Assembly (NCBI GenBank): GCA_963700145.1
Contig: OY969474.1
Location: 1,376,001 to 1,440,000 of the forward strand
Origin: an uncultured Acidobacteriota bacterium
GTDB lineage: Bacteria > Acidobacteriota > Thermoanaerobaculia > Multivoradales > UBA5704
DNA length: 64,000 nucleotides
Direction of reading: 5' to 3'
The position numbers were made by a program, and so were the translations under genes. The notes beneath the pieces were generated by a model that saw nothing but the letters and a program-made list of their open reading frames with translations, had not been told where the DNA came from and did no database searches. This document shows, piece after piece, positions 33,370 to 42,180 of this stretch (positions are counted from its first letter, which is position 1; every line of letters starts with the position of its first letter).

Positions 33370-33380
33370 GCGCGGCTCCT

Positions 33381-34421
33381 TCAGGCCGTCCCGAGCAGAC
33401 GCCCGATCACCGCGTCCCAGTGGATGTCGCCGACCGACCGCGCCCCCGCCTCCCCCAGCCGCCGCGCCTCCTCGCGGTGCTCGTAGAGCCGGTCGAGCCG
33501 GCGCGCCACCTCGGCCGGCGCGCCGGGCGGGCAGACAAAGCCGTTCTCGCCGTCGCGCACGAACTCCAGGATCCCGCCCGCGTCGGCCAGAGTGACGACC
33601 GGCTTGCCCGCCTGGAAGGCCTCGACGGTGACGTAGCCGTAGTCCTCGTCGTAGGGCGCGTAGTAGACGGCGAGGGCGCCGGCGTAGAGCTCCACCGCGC
33701 GGTCGTCGTCCACCCAGCCGAGCAGCTCGACGCGGTCCTCGACGCCGAGCTTCCCGATCAGCTCGGCGAGGTCGTCGCGCTCCGGCCCGTCGCCGGCGAT
33801 TTTGGCGCGGACGCCGCTCTTGACGTGCTGCATCGCCTTGATCAGCAGCTCGAAGCGCTTCATGCGGTTCAAGCGCCCGACGGTGAAGACGTAGTCGCCG
33901 AAGGGCCCGGGACGGAGGCGGCCGGTGAGCCGCGGCGGCGGGTAGAGGGCCTCGATCCGCATCCCGTTGTGCCGCTCGAGCCGGGCCGCGACGTTCTTCG
34001 AGATCGAGAAGACCCGCCGCGCCTCGGAGAGCGTGCGCGAATCCATGGCGCGCAGCATCGCCGTGACGTTGCGGTCGCGCGGCGTGTCGCGGAAGTCGCT
34101 GTAGCGGGTGCCCTGGAGGTCGTAGGCCTGGCGCAGCTGGTGAACCAGCCAGACGACCTTGTTCGGGTGCTTGACGAGGTAGGACGGGAAGCGGGTGGCG
34201 ATGACGAGGTCGATCTTCGCGCCGTCCACCTCGGTCAGGTCGAGGAGGCGCCAGGCGAGGCAGCTCTTGAAGAGCTGCGTGCGGTTCGGCCAGGTGAAGG
34301 GGAGCATCACCGTCTCGGCCTCGTGGCCGCGGGCGCGGAGCTGCTCGACGAGCGACTGGACCAGCAGCTCGGCGCCGCCGAAGGTGAACGGCACCTGCAC
34401 GCCGCAGACGCAGATCCTCAT
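33381..34421 (-). CDS. Glycosyltransferase family 4
   Basis: GGAELL, GRLNRMKRF and EDYGYVTVEAFQAGKPVV. Confidence 0.92.
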   Translation of the reverse strand: MRICVCGVQVPFTFGGAELLVQSLVEQLRARGHEAETVMLPFTWPNRTQLFKSCLAWRLLDLTEVDGAKIDLVIATRFPSYLVKHPNKVVWLVHQLRQAYDLQGTRYSDFRDTPRDRNVTAMLRAMDSRTLSEARRVFSISKNVAARLERHNGMRIEALYPPPRLTGRLRPGPFGDYVFTVGRLNRMKRFELLIKAMQHVKSGVRAKIAGDGPERDDLAELIGKLGVEDRVELLGWVDDDRAVELYAGALAVYYAPYDEDYGYVTVEAFQAGKPVVTLADAGGILEFVRDGENGFVCPPGAPAEVARRLDRLYEHREEARRLGEAGARSVGDIHWDAVIGRLLGTA

Positions 34422-34861
34422 GCTGGAGGGGGCGGCGGTGGCACGCAGTCACCGCGGGCGCGGTCGTCGCGCTCGCGCTCGATCTCCTCGAGCTGCCGCA
34501 GCGCGCTCGCCAGCGCCTCGGCGAGCCGCGCCTGGTTGCCCGCCAGCTCGTGCAGGAGCTGGCTCGCCGCCTGGTTGAAGCGGTTCTGCCGCTGCAGGAC
34601 CGGCCGCGCGTACCACTTGAAGAGCAGGTGGAAGGCCGCCTTCTTGAGAAAGACGAGCGCCCCGCCGACGACCGGCCGCGGCGACACCGCGAGCGGCTCC
34701 TCGACGTACTCCAGGGTCTCGAGCTCCATGAGCCGCAGCTTCGTCTCCTCGCCGCCGGAGAGGGTGGCCAGCTCCGCCTGCCGCTGCCGAACACCGGCGC
34801 GGACGCGCTCCAGCATCTCGGCGACCTGGCGGTCGTCCGGAAGCGGCTCGCCGGCGGTCAA
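34418..34861 (-). CDS. Hypothetical coiled-coil protein of the glycosyltransferase operon
   Basis: WYARPVLQRQNRFN followed by a coiled coil; 4-nt overlaps with both neighbours; start uncertain. Confidence 0.7.
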   Translation of the reverse strand: MTAGEPLPDDRQVAEMLERVRAGVRQRQAELATLSGGEETKLRLMELETLEYVEEPLAVSPRPVVGGALVFLKKAAFHLLFKWYARPVLQRQNRFNQAASQLLHELAGNQARLAEALASALRQLEEIERERDDRARGDCVPPPPPPA

Positions 34862-35235
34862 GTCGCGGGCTCCGTCTCCGGGGCCGGCCCGGGAGCCGCC
34901 TTCCGCCGGCGCGGCCGCGGGCCGCCGGTGCGCGGCCGGAAGCCGAACTGCAGCAGCTCCGGGCTCTTGGTGCCGAAGTGGCCGCGCAGCAGGTCGGCGA
35001 TGCGCTCCTTGACGTCCTGGCCTTGCGCCAAGACCTCGGCGCGGTCCGCGTTGACTTGGCGGAGCAGCGCCGTGACCCGGTTCTGCTCGACCTCCAGGGA
35101 CTTCGCCTGCCCAATGACTTCCGCAAGCTCCGCCCGCAAGGGCGCCAGGTGCGGCACCTCCCCGAGCAGCCCCTCGAGATTGCCGATCAGGGCCGACCAG
35201 TCTTTCAGCTGATCGCCGACCGTGCGGGTGACCAT
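34858..35235 (-). CDS. Small helical hypothetical protein with basic C-terminal tail (125 aa)
   Basis: GAGGAG SD upstream of the ATG at 35235; amphipathic helices, HFGTKSPELLQFGFRPR and an RPRRRK tail. Confidence 0.75.
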   Translation of the reverse strand: MVTRTVGDQLKDWSALIGNLEGLLGEVPHLAPLRAELAEVIGQAKSLEVEQNRVTALLRQVNADRAEVLAQGQDVKERIADLLRGHFGTKSPELLQFGFRPRTGGPRPRRRKAAPGPAPETEPAT

Positions 35236-35261
35236 GGACTGACTCCTCTTGAGGCGTTCAG

Positions 35262-35500
35262 AACTCCGCCCGGAGCGGCCGGGTGGAGTTACCGGGCCCC
35301 CGGAACTCGACCCGAAGCGCTCGGGCGGAGTTACGAAGTGCCGAAAACTCAACCCGGAGCCTCCGGGCGGAGTTACGAGGCGCTGGTAACTCGACCCGAC
35401 GGCTCCGGGTGGAGTTAGGAGACGCTGATAACTCGACCCGAAGCGTCCGGGTGGAGTTAGGAAGCGCCGATAACTCGACCCGAAGCGTCCGGGCGGAGTT
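35262..35500. repeat. Array of six 29-bp palindromic units at an exact 42-bp period with 13-bp variable spacers
   Basis: Units start at 35262, 35304, 35346, 35388, 35430 and 35472; consensus AACTC-NN-CCCG-N7-CGGG-Y-GGAGTT. Confidence 0.95.
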
Positions 35501-35788
35501 TTCAGCCTTTGGAAACTGCTCTCCGCCGCCGCGGGAACACCGCGGCGCCGCGCGCCCATTCCCTCGGGCGTCGAGGGAAAACCGCGCGCCATCTCCACCG
35601 GCTCGCCGAGTCTATCCCCACTGTCCCGCCCCTCCACGGAGACAGCTTGGATGCGTTGCTAGACTCGACTCACCGGCGGCACCTGAACCCTTGTTTGCGG
35701 CGCGCCGCACGAAGGCTGGCCACTCAATTGGCCGACCCGAACCGTCGCTACCTGCTGGCGGAGCTATGACAGGCTGTGACATCGAGCT

Positions 35789-36031
35789 ATGACAAAGCTA
35801 GCTCCGAAGCCGCGGCGCATCGTCATCGAGAAGGCGCCAAGGAACTTCTCGGCCTACTCACCGGACCTGCCTGGGTGTGTAGCCACCGGCGCCACGCGCG
35901 AAGAGACCGAGCGGCAAATGTATGAGGCCATCCGCCTCCACCTGGAAGGGATTGCCGAGGATGGAGAGCCGGTGCCCGAAGCCACGGCGGTGGCCGAATA
36001 CGTCGTCCTCCTGCCTGCTGAGCGTCAATGA
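35789..36031 (+). CDS. hicB: HicB family antitoxin (no adjacent hicA)
   Basis: FSAYSPDLPGCVATGATREE and EAIRLHLEG..GEPVP. Confidence 0.88.
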   Translation: MTKLAPKPRRIVIEKAPRNFSAYSPDLPGCVATGATREETERQMYEAIRLHLEGIAEDGEPVPEATAVAEYVVLLPAERQ

Positions 36032-36366
36032 AGCTTCCTACCGGCGGAGCAATCGTCGACGACGCCAAGATCCGCGACTATCTGCTTTCTCTCGAGCATC
36101 CGGTTGGCAGATTCAAGGCGGTGTTCTTCGGGATTCTCGGCTACCAACGAGAGGACTGGCAAAGGCTTCGACACGACTTGCTTGCGATCCTCGAAGTAGG
36201 GGACGCAGTCGCCAGGCCATCAAGAAGCTTCGGGCAGAAGTACGAGGTGCGTGGTACGCTTCGCGGGCCAACCGGACGACGTGCTGAAGTCGTCACCGTC
36301 TGGATCGTGCTGGCCGGCGAGAGATTCCCTCGCTTCGTCACCGCGGTTCCGGGTGAGACACCATGA
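36028..36366 (+). CDS. DUF6883-like putative toxin/nuclease
   Basis: KIRDYLLSLEHPVGRFKAVFF, FGQKYEV and VTVWIV..PRFVTA. Confidence 0.75.
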   Translation: MKLPTGGAIVDDAKIRDYLLSLEHPVGRFKAVFFGILGYQREDWQRLRHDLLAILEVGDAVARPSRSFGQKYEVRGTLRGPTGRRAEVVTVWIVLAGERFPRFVTAVPGETP

Positions 36367-36599
36367 GATTCAAGGAGCTCGATACAGTCGTTCTGGACCG
36401 CGACCTCCCGGATCACGGTTTGCGGCAGGGCGATCTCGGGGCCATCGTCCAGGTCTATGAGCCGGATGGTGTGGAGGTCGAATTCGTGACCGCGTCGGGC
36501 CGGACGCAGGCGCTGGTCACTCTCACCCTAGGCGACATCCGCGGGGTGCGGGACGAGGACCTCATCGCAGTTCGCACGCTCGCGGCGGGCGCTGCCTAA
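36363..36599 (+). CDS. DUF4926 (SH3-like) protein
   Basis: ELDTVVLDRDLPDHGLRQGDLGAIVQVY and EVEFV. Confidence 0.85.
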   Translation: MRFKELDTVVLDRDLPDHGLRQGDLGAIVQVYEPDGVEVEFVTASGRTQALVTLTLGDIRGVRDEDLIAVRTLAAGAA

Positions 36600-36648
36600 G
36601 ACAACCCGGCTCAGGGGACTTACAACAGCATCCTCAGGCTGCCCTGAA

Positions 36649-37257
36649 GGGGTCGGCATCTTCCTGATCTTTCTCGCCGTCGTCGCGCTGGCCGCTTGCT
36701 CACACGACGAGCGCTCGGCGCCGACCGAACGGCAGCAGCTCGCGGCGTGGGCGGAGTACCGAAGCCTGAGCGAGCGCGCCCGTGCGGTCGGCGGCGATCC
36801 CGCGGTCCGCGGGGAGCTGGAGCGCTTCGTGGCGGAAACCGAGGAGCGCTACGGACTGACCGCCGCCGACCTGGCGCGGCTCGGCGCGACGCAGGGCGAG
36901 CGCTGGCTCGCGAGCGCCGCCTGCCGGCCGCCGGCGGGGCCGATCCGCATGCACGCGCTGGTCGTCGCGCCGCGGGCGGTGCGGCCGCTGCGGGCGGCCT
37001 ACACGCCGGCGGCGTGCGCCCGGGGCACCGAGGGGATCGCCATCCTGGAGCTGCGGCTGAGCCCGGCCGGCCGCGCCGACGCCGTCCGCGTCCTCCGCGG
37101 CCTCCCCGACGGGCTCACCGAGGCGGCGCGGGAGGCGGCCGCGGCCGCCCGCTGGCACCCGGCGCTTCTCTGCGGCAAGCCGGTGGCGGTCTACTACACC
37201 GTCACGGTGCCCTTCGACCTCTCGCAATCGGGCTGTCCTCGGCGCGCCGCCGCCTGA
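36649..37257 (+). CDS. TonB C-terminal-like lipoprotein lacking a canonical start codon (possibly 5'-truncated)
   Basis: The frame of ORF 36829..37257 extends upstream to GVGIFLIFLAVVALAAC (lipobox). The C-terminus YTPAA..GTEG, GLTEAAREAA..W.PA..GKPV is TonB_C-like. Confidence 0.6.
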   Translation, partial: GVGIFLIFLAVVALAACSHDERSAPTERQQLAAWAEYRSLSERARAVGGDPAVRGELERFVAETEERYGLTAADLARLGATQGERWLASAACRPPAGPIRMHALVVAPRAVRPLRAAYTPAACARGTEGIAILELRLSPAGRADAVRVLRGLPDGLTEAAREAAAAARWHPALLCGKPVAVYYTVTVPFDLSQSGCPRRAAA

Positions 37258-37258
37258 C

Positions 37259-37426
37259 ATGGGCGTTGGCGTCTGCGTCGCGGGCTTCTTCCTCCTCCTG
37301 GGGCTGCTCTGCCTGCTGCTGCCCGAGACCGTCGCCCTGTGGGGAACCTACGCGGACTCCCTGAACCGCGAGCGGTCGCGCAAGATCCTGGCGCTCTTTC
37401 CGCGCACGACCCGAGGAGTGAGATAA
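37259..37426 (+). CDS. Possible small membrane protein (55 aa)
   Basis: MGVGVCVAGFFLLLGLLCLLLPETVALWG; begins 1 nt after the upstream stop. Confidence 0.4.
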   Translation: MGVGVCVAGFFLLLGLLCLLLPETVALWGTYADSLNRERSRKILALFPRTTRGVR

Positions 37427-37460
37427 TTCAGGCCATCCGAACCAGACCGGAGGCCGAACA

Positions 37461-38324
37461 ATGAAGACGTCGCGAAGCGGTTGGGCGGCAGCCCTGGCGC
37501 TGCTGGCATTGCCCGGGTGCGCCTGGGCGTGGGGGCAGAACGGACACCGGATCGTCGGCGAGGTGGCGGACCGTCACCTGTCGGAGCAGGCGCGGCGGGA
37601 GATCGCGGTGATCCTCGAGGGCGACGGCATGGCGGAGGCCTCGACCTGGCCGGACGACATCCGGTCGGACCCGAGCCGCGACGCCGCCAAGCCCTGGCAC
37701 TTCATCTCGATCGACGACACCGAGACGCTGGCGACGACGGCGCGCGACCCCCTGGGCGACCTGCTCGAGGCGCTGCAGCGCTTCGAAGCGGTGCTGCGCG
37801 ACCCGCAGGCGACGCGGGAGACCAAGGCGGAGGCGCTGCGCTTCTACGTCCACTTCGTGGGCGACGCGCACCAGCCGCTGCACGTCGGGCGGCGCGCCGA
37901 CCGCGGAGGCAACTCCATCAGGGTCAAGTGGTTCCGGGAGCCGAGCAACCTACATTCGGTGTGGGACACGGGGCTGATCGAGTCGGAGAACCTGAGCTTC
38001 ACCGAGTTCACCCGCTTCATCGACGACCGCAGCCTGCGGCAGGTGGCCGCGTGGCAGGCCGCGTCGTACGAGGAGTGGGTGCGGGAGGCGTTCTGCCTGC
38101 GCGGCGCGGTGTACGACTTCGGCCGGGAGGCGCCGGCGACACCGGGGGCGGAGCCGGAGCTCGGCTTCGGCTACGCGTTCGCCAAGATGGGGATCGTCGA
38201 GGACCAGCTCGTCAAGGCCGGCGTGCGCCTGGCGGCCCGGCTCAACGCGGTCTTCGCCGGCGAGCCGGCGCCGCCCCCGCCGGCCGAGATCCCGCCGTCG
38301 CCGGACGCCTGGTGCGGGCGGTAG
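37461..38324 (+). CDS. Secreted S1/P1 nuclease
   Basis: Signal peptide followed by WGQNGH; HFVGDAHQPLH and NLHSVWD. Confidence 0.93.
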   Translation: MKTSRSGWAAALALLALPGCAWAWGQNGHRIVGEVADRHLSEQARREIAVILEGDGMAEASTWPDDIRSDPSRDAAKPWHFISIDDTETLATTARDPLGDLLEALQRFEAVLRDPQATRETKAEALRFYVHFVGDAHQPLHVGRRADRGGNSIRVKWFREPSNLHSVWDTGLIESENLSFTEFTRFIDDRSLRQVAAWQAASYEEWVREAFCLRGAVYDFGREAPATPGAEPELGFGYAFAKMGIVEDQLVKAGVRLAARLNAVFAGEPAPPPPAEIPPSPDAWCGR

Positions 38325-38331
38325 GGCCGGT

Positions 38332-40098
38332 TCACATCCCCTCGCCGGTGAAGTCGAGGAACGTCCCGAGGTACCGCAGATCCCCGCTCTTCGGGTCGCG
38401 GCGGGCGGGGACGATGCCGGCCGTGCTTTCCAGGGTGAAGCGGTAGTAGTACTCGGCCGGGGCGGTGGGGAGGAAGGCGCCGAGGTCGCGGGCGACGGGC
38501 TCGAGGCGCAGCTCGACGGGGGCGCCGAGGCGCTTGCCTTCGGTGTCGAAGCGGACGACAACGCGGTCGACGCCGCTGTCGAGGATCAGGGTGTTCTCGG
38601 GCGCGATCGAGCGGGCGGTGAAGCGCAGGGCGTCGAGCGGCTCGGTCGTCACCAGCACGACCTCCGAGCGCGAGGCGCCGCGCACCCAGACGCCGTGCGG
38701 GTGGCGCTCCTCGGCGAGGAAGTTGTGCTTCGGCGTGATCCAGATCGCGTCCCCCCAGCCGCGGATCCAGTAGCCCGGCACGCGGCCGTTGGCCAGGAGC
38801 GTCAGCTCGAGCGGCAGCGCCTGGAAGGTCGGCGAGCGGACGTGCGCCTGCAGCGTCGCCTCCGGCGCCACCTGGAGGAGCGGCACGGCGACGACCGAGG
38901 CGGTCCACAGGCCGGCGGCGGCGAAGGGGAGCGCCAGGCTTCGCCGCGCCCCCATCCGCGCCGGCAGGAAGAGCATCGCCGGGTAGACGCTGGCGAAGTA
39001 GCGGTTGCCGACGAAGCCGGCGCCGCCGTGGTAGTTGTAGGGCCTTAGCACGAGGATCAGCAGGCAGTAGGCGGCGGCCGCGGCGAGCAGCAGGTGGCGC
39101 GAGCGGTCGCGCGGCCCGCGCAGGTAGAGCGCCAGGGCGAAGAGGGCGAAGGGGAAGTAGGGCAGCAGGCCGGTGTGGCGGCCGGCGAAGAAGTAGCCCA
39201 GGTCGCGCGCGAAGACGCGCGGCGTTGTCTGCACGCCGAGCCCCGACCAGGAGCCGAAGCTGGTGCCGCGGTAGAGCTGCCAGAGGTCCTTGCGGCTCTC
39301 GACCGGGTACTCGCTCTCGAACGAGCGCCGCTGGACGTTGCGGTAGGGGCTCCAGGTGCCGGTCGCCCGCCACTGCACGCCGGCGAGGAGGAGGAGCGCG
39401 AGGAGGCTCGGTGCCGCCAGCCAGGCGAGCGCCTTCCACCGCCGCTGCCAGAGGAGGTCGAGGGCGATCGGCGCGCCGAGGAGCACCGTCGGCTCCTTCG
39501 ACACGAAGGCCGCGGCGAGGAGCGCGCCGGCGCCGGCCAGAAGCCAGTAGTCCCGCCGCCGCCACTCGACCCGCCGGCGCAGCGTCTGCCACAGCAGCAG
39601 CGGGAAGAAGAGGCAGGCCATGTTGAAGACCTCGGGCTGCATCCAGAAGACGTAGACGAAGGCCGCCGAGGCGAAGAAGAAGCCGCCCACCCACAAGCCC
39701 ACGTGGCCGGGCTCGCCGCGCAGGTACCAGACGGCGCCGGCCACCATCGCCAGCCAGAGCGCCATGTTGAAGACCAGGTGCCCCTGGACGCCGAAGAGGG
39801 CGTAGAAGGGCAGCGCCGCCGCCGAGTAGACGTAGGGCTTGCCGTAGTGCATCGAGCGGCCGCCGTCGGTGGTGAAGAGGATGACGCCGTAGGGGCCCTG
39901 GTCCCAGACCTGGTAGGCGCGCAGCAGGTCGCGGTGGTCGTAGGCGAGGTCGCGGTCGTGCCAGAGGCTCTGCGTCATCATGACGTAGGCCGCCTCGTCG
40001 GCGATCGGCCCGGGCGGGAAGTGGACCTTGTAGAGGGTGGCCGAGAGCCCGAGCAGCAGGAGGCCGAGCGAAAGGGCGTGGACGGAGCGCAGGCGCAT
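38332..40098 (-). CDS. Polytopic membrane protein, GT-C-fold glycosyltransferase-like
   Basis: TM1 followed by ADEAAY acidic motif, many TM helices, GGAGFVGNRYF, soluble C-terminal domain. Confidence 0.7.
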   Translation of the reverse strand: MRLRSVHALSLGLLLLGLSATLYKVHFPPGPIADEAAYVMMTQSLWHDRDLAYDHRDLLRAYQVWDQGPYGVILFTTDGGRSMHYGKPYVYSAAALPFYALFGVQGHLVFNMALWLAMVAGAVWYLRGEPGHVGLWVGGFFFASAAFVYVFWMQPEVFNMACLFFPLLLWQTLRRRVEWRRRDYWLLAGAGALLAAAFVSKEPTVLLGAPIALDLLWQRRWKALAWLAAPSLLALLLLAGVQWRATGTWSPYRNVQRRSFESEYPVESRKDLWQLYRGTSFGSWSGLGVQTTPRVFARDLGYFFAGRHTGLLPYFPFALFALALYLRGPRDRSRHLLLAAAAAYCLLILVLRPYNYHGGAGFVGNRYFASVYPAMLFLPARMGARRSLALPFAAAGLWTASVVAVPLLQVAPEATLQAHVRSPTFQALPLELTLLANGRVPGYWIRGWGDAIWITPKHNFLAEERHPHGVWVRGASRSEVVLVTTEPLDALRFTARSIAPENTLILDSGVDRVVVRFDTEGKRLGAPVELRLEPVARDLGAFLPTAPAEYYYRFTLESTAGIVPARRDPKSGDLRYLGTFLDFTGEGM

Positions 40099-40137
40099 CG
40101 GGCGGAAGCTCGCGCGTAACGATACCCTGTGCCGAGC

Positions 40138-42180
40138 ATGCCGCGCCGCCTGCTCCCCGACCTGATCGCCGCCGGACTGCTCGCGCTCGGCGCGGTGTGG
40201 GCGGACGCGCCGCGCGGCGTGCAGGGCGCGGTCTTGGCGGCGATGCTCTTCGCACTCGGAAGGGCGGGGTGGGCCGCGGCGCGGGCGCTGCTGCCCGACG
40301 CGGGGCGGGCCTCGCGCGCGACGTGCGCCTTTTGCGTCGCGGTGGCGCTGGCGACGACGACAGCGACGCTCCTCGGGCACTTCGGGTGGCTGCGGCCGGG
40401 GGCGTATCTCCTCGCCGTCGCGCTCGCGACGCTCGCGGTGCGTTGGTGGGGGACGCGCGGCGAGCGTGAAGCGCCTCCGGCGCCGGAGGGGGCGAGCGAG
40501 GAGCGTCCTCCCCTGCCCCGCTCCGCCCTCGTCGAGCGCGCGCTCCTCGCCGCGGTCCTCTGCGCTCTCGCGCTCCTCACCCTGCGCGCCGTCCACGAGC
40601 ATCGCTACACGCTCCCCGGCAGCTTCGGCTTCGACGACCTCTCGTACCACCTCTCCGCCGTCGCCACCTGGCACCGCTACGGCGACCTGCGGATGCTCAA
40701 GTTCGCGGTCGGCGACACCAGCACGGCCTTCTACCCGATCGGCTCGGAGCTCGTCGCCTGGGTCCTCCTCGCACCCTTCCGCGACAGCGACGTCGCCGCC
40801 CGCTGGGCGCAGCTGCCCTTCCTGCCGGCGGCGCTCGTTGCCGTCGCCGCGCTCGGGCGCACGCTCGGCCTCTCGCGGCGCGGCGCCCTCCTCGCCGCGG
40901 CGCTCTTCGGCGCACTGCCGCGGATCGTGCCGCTCTTCTCGCTCTCGGCGGGCAACGACCTCTCGACCGCCTGCTTCGCGGTGGCGAGCGCCGACGCGCT
41001 CCTCCTCCTCGGCCGGCGGCCGGCGCCGGGGCGTGCGGTCTACGCCGGGCTGGCGCTCGGCCTCCTCGCCGGGACGAAGTACGTCGGCCTCCTTTTCTGC
41101 GCCCCGCTCCTCCTCGTGCTGGCGGCGAGCGCCGCCGCGCACCGGCGGGAGTGGAGCGCGCGGAAGGCGCTCCCGGTCCTGGCGCTCGCGGCCGGCGTGG
41201 CGCTCGCCGCCGGCGGCTACACCTACGTGCGCAACGCTTGGAGCACCGGCAACCCGGTGTTCCCGGCGCCAGTGACGGTCGCCGGCCGCACGCTCCTCCA
41301 CGGCTGGGACGTCATCACCCTCGCTCACCGCCGCCACCTGCCGGAGTTCGCGCTCGACGTGCCGCGGTTCCTGACGCGCCGCCCCGACCTCCTTGGCGGG
41401 CTCTTCCCGTGGACACTGCTGCCCGCCGCTCTCCTGGCGCCGGCGGCGGCCCTCGCCCTCCCGCGCCGGCGGCCGCTCGCGGCGCGGCTCGAGACCGCGG
41501 CGGTCCTGGCGCTGCCGCTCCTCTTCTTCCTCCAGTTCGTCTACCAGATGCACGACCACCGCGACGTGCGCTACGTGCTGGCGGGCTTGGCGGTCGCGGG
41601 GGTCGGCTGCGCCTGGCTGCTTGAGCGGCCCCGAGGGCTCGCCGGGCCGGTCCTGCGCGGCGCTCTCCTCGTCGCGCTCCTGGTGGTGCTCGGGGACCGC
41701 CTGGCGCCGGTGCGCGGCTGGCGCGACGTCGTGCCGTTCCCCCTCGCGCCGCGCGTCGAGCGCTACCAGGCCGGGAAGCTGGCGCGCGCCGGACCCGCGC
41801 ACGCCGCCGAGCTGCCGGCGGCGCGGGCGCTGGAGGCGCGGGCCGGGGCGGCGGGCGCGGAGGTCGCCTTCGTCGGCGGCAACCGCCCCTACCTTTTCTT
41901 CGGCAGCCGGCTGCAGAACGGGGTACACGTCGTGCCGACCGGGCCGGGGCTCGCGTCGCGCTTCTACACCTGGGGCGACCCGGCGCGCTGGCCTCCCCCC
42001 GGCCGCTACCGCCGCTGGCGGGCGAACCTGGAGCGGCTCGGGGTGCGCTACGTCGCCGTCGTTCTCACCGAGGAGGCGGCAAACCCCGAGCGGCGCTGGA
42101 TGCGCCGCCGCCCGGAGAGCTTCCGGCGGCTCCACGCCGACCCGTGGGCGGAGCTCTGGGAGGTCCGGGGCGCGCCGTGA
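40138..42180 (+). CDS. Polytopic membrane protein, GT-C (ArnT/PMT-like)
   Basis: FDDLSYHL, FYP..SE, GTKY, YVRN..TGNPVFP and many TM helices. Confidence 0.72.
   Translation: MPRRLLPDLIAAGLLALGAVWADAPRGVQGAVLAAMLFALGRAGWAAARALLPDAGRASRATCAFCVAVALATTTATLLGHFGWLRPGAYLLAVALATLAVRWWGTRGEREAPPAPEGASEERPPLPRSALVERALLAAVLCALALLTLRAVHEHRYTLPGSFGFDDLSYHLSAVATWHRYGDLRMLKFAVGDTSTAFYPIGSELVAWVLLAPFRDSDVAARWAQLPFLPAALVAVAALGRTLGLSRRGALLAAALFGALPRIVPLFSLSAGNDLSTACFAVASADALLLLGRRPAPGRAVYAGLALGLLAGTKYVGLLFCAPLLLVLAASAAAHRREWSARKALPVLALAAGVALAAGGYTYVRNAWSTGNPVFPAPVTVAGRTLLHGWDVITLAHRRHLPEFALDVPRFLTRRPDLLGGLFPWTLLPAALLAPAAALALPRRRPLAARLETAAVLALPLLFFLQFVYQMHDHRDVRYVLAGLAVAGVGCAWLLERPRGLAGPVLRGALLVALLVVLGDRLAPVRGWRDVVPFPLAPRVERYQAGKLARAGPAHAAELPAARALEARAGAAGAEVAFVGGNRPYLFFGSRLQNGVHVVPTGPGLASRFYTWGDPARWPPPGRYRRWRANLERLGVRYVAVVLTEEAANPERRWMRRRPESFRRLHADPWAELWEVRGAP

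Noticed and set aside
35262-35500. Calling the 42-bp array a CRISPR
   Set aside because: Spacers are only 13 nt and resemble each other, the repeats vary internally, and no cas genes are in the window.
35236-35637. N-terminal extension of ORF 34858..35637
   Set aside because: The good SD before the ATG at 35235 favours the short gene. The extension is the translated repeat array and is kept only as an alternative.
37461-38324. S1/P1 nuclease as effector of the repeat array
   Set aside because: It has a signal peptide (exported scavenging nuclease), lies about 2 kb away and is separated by unrelated genes.
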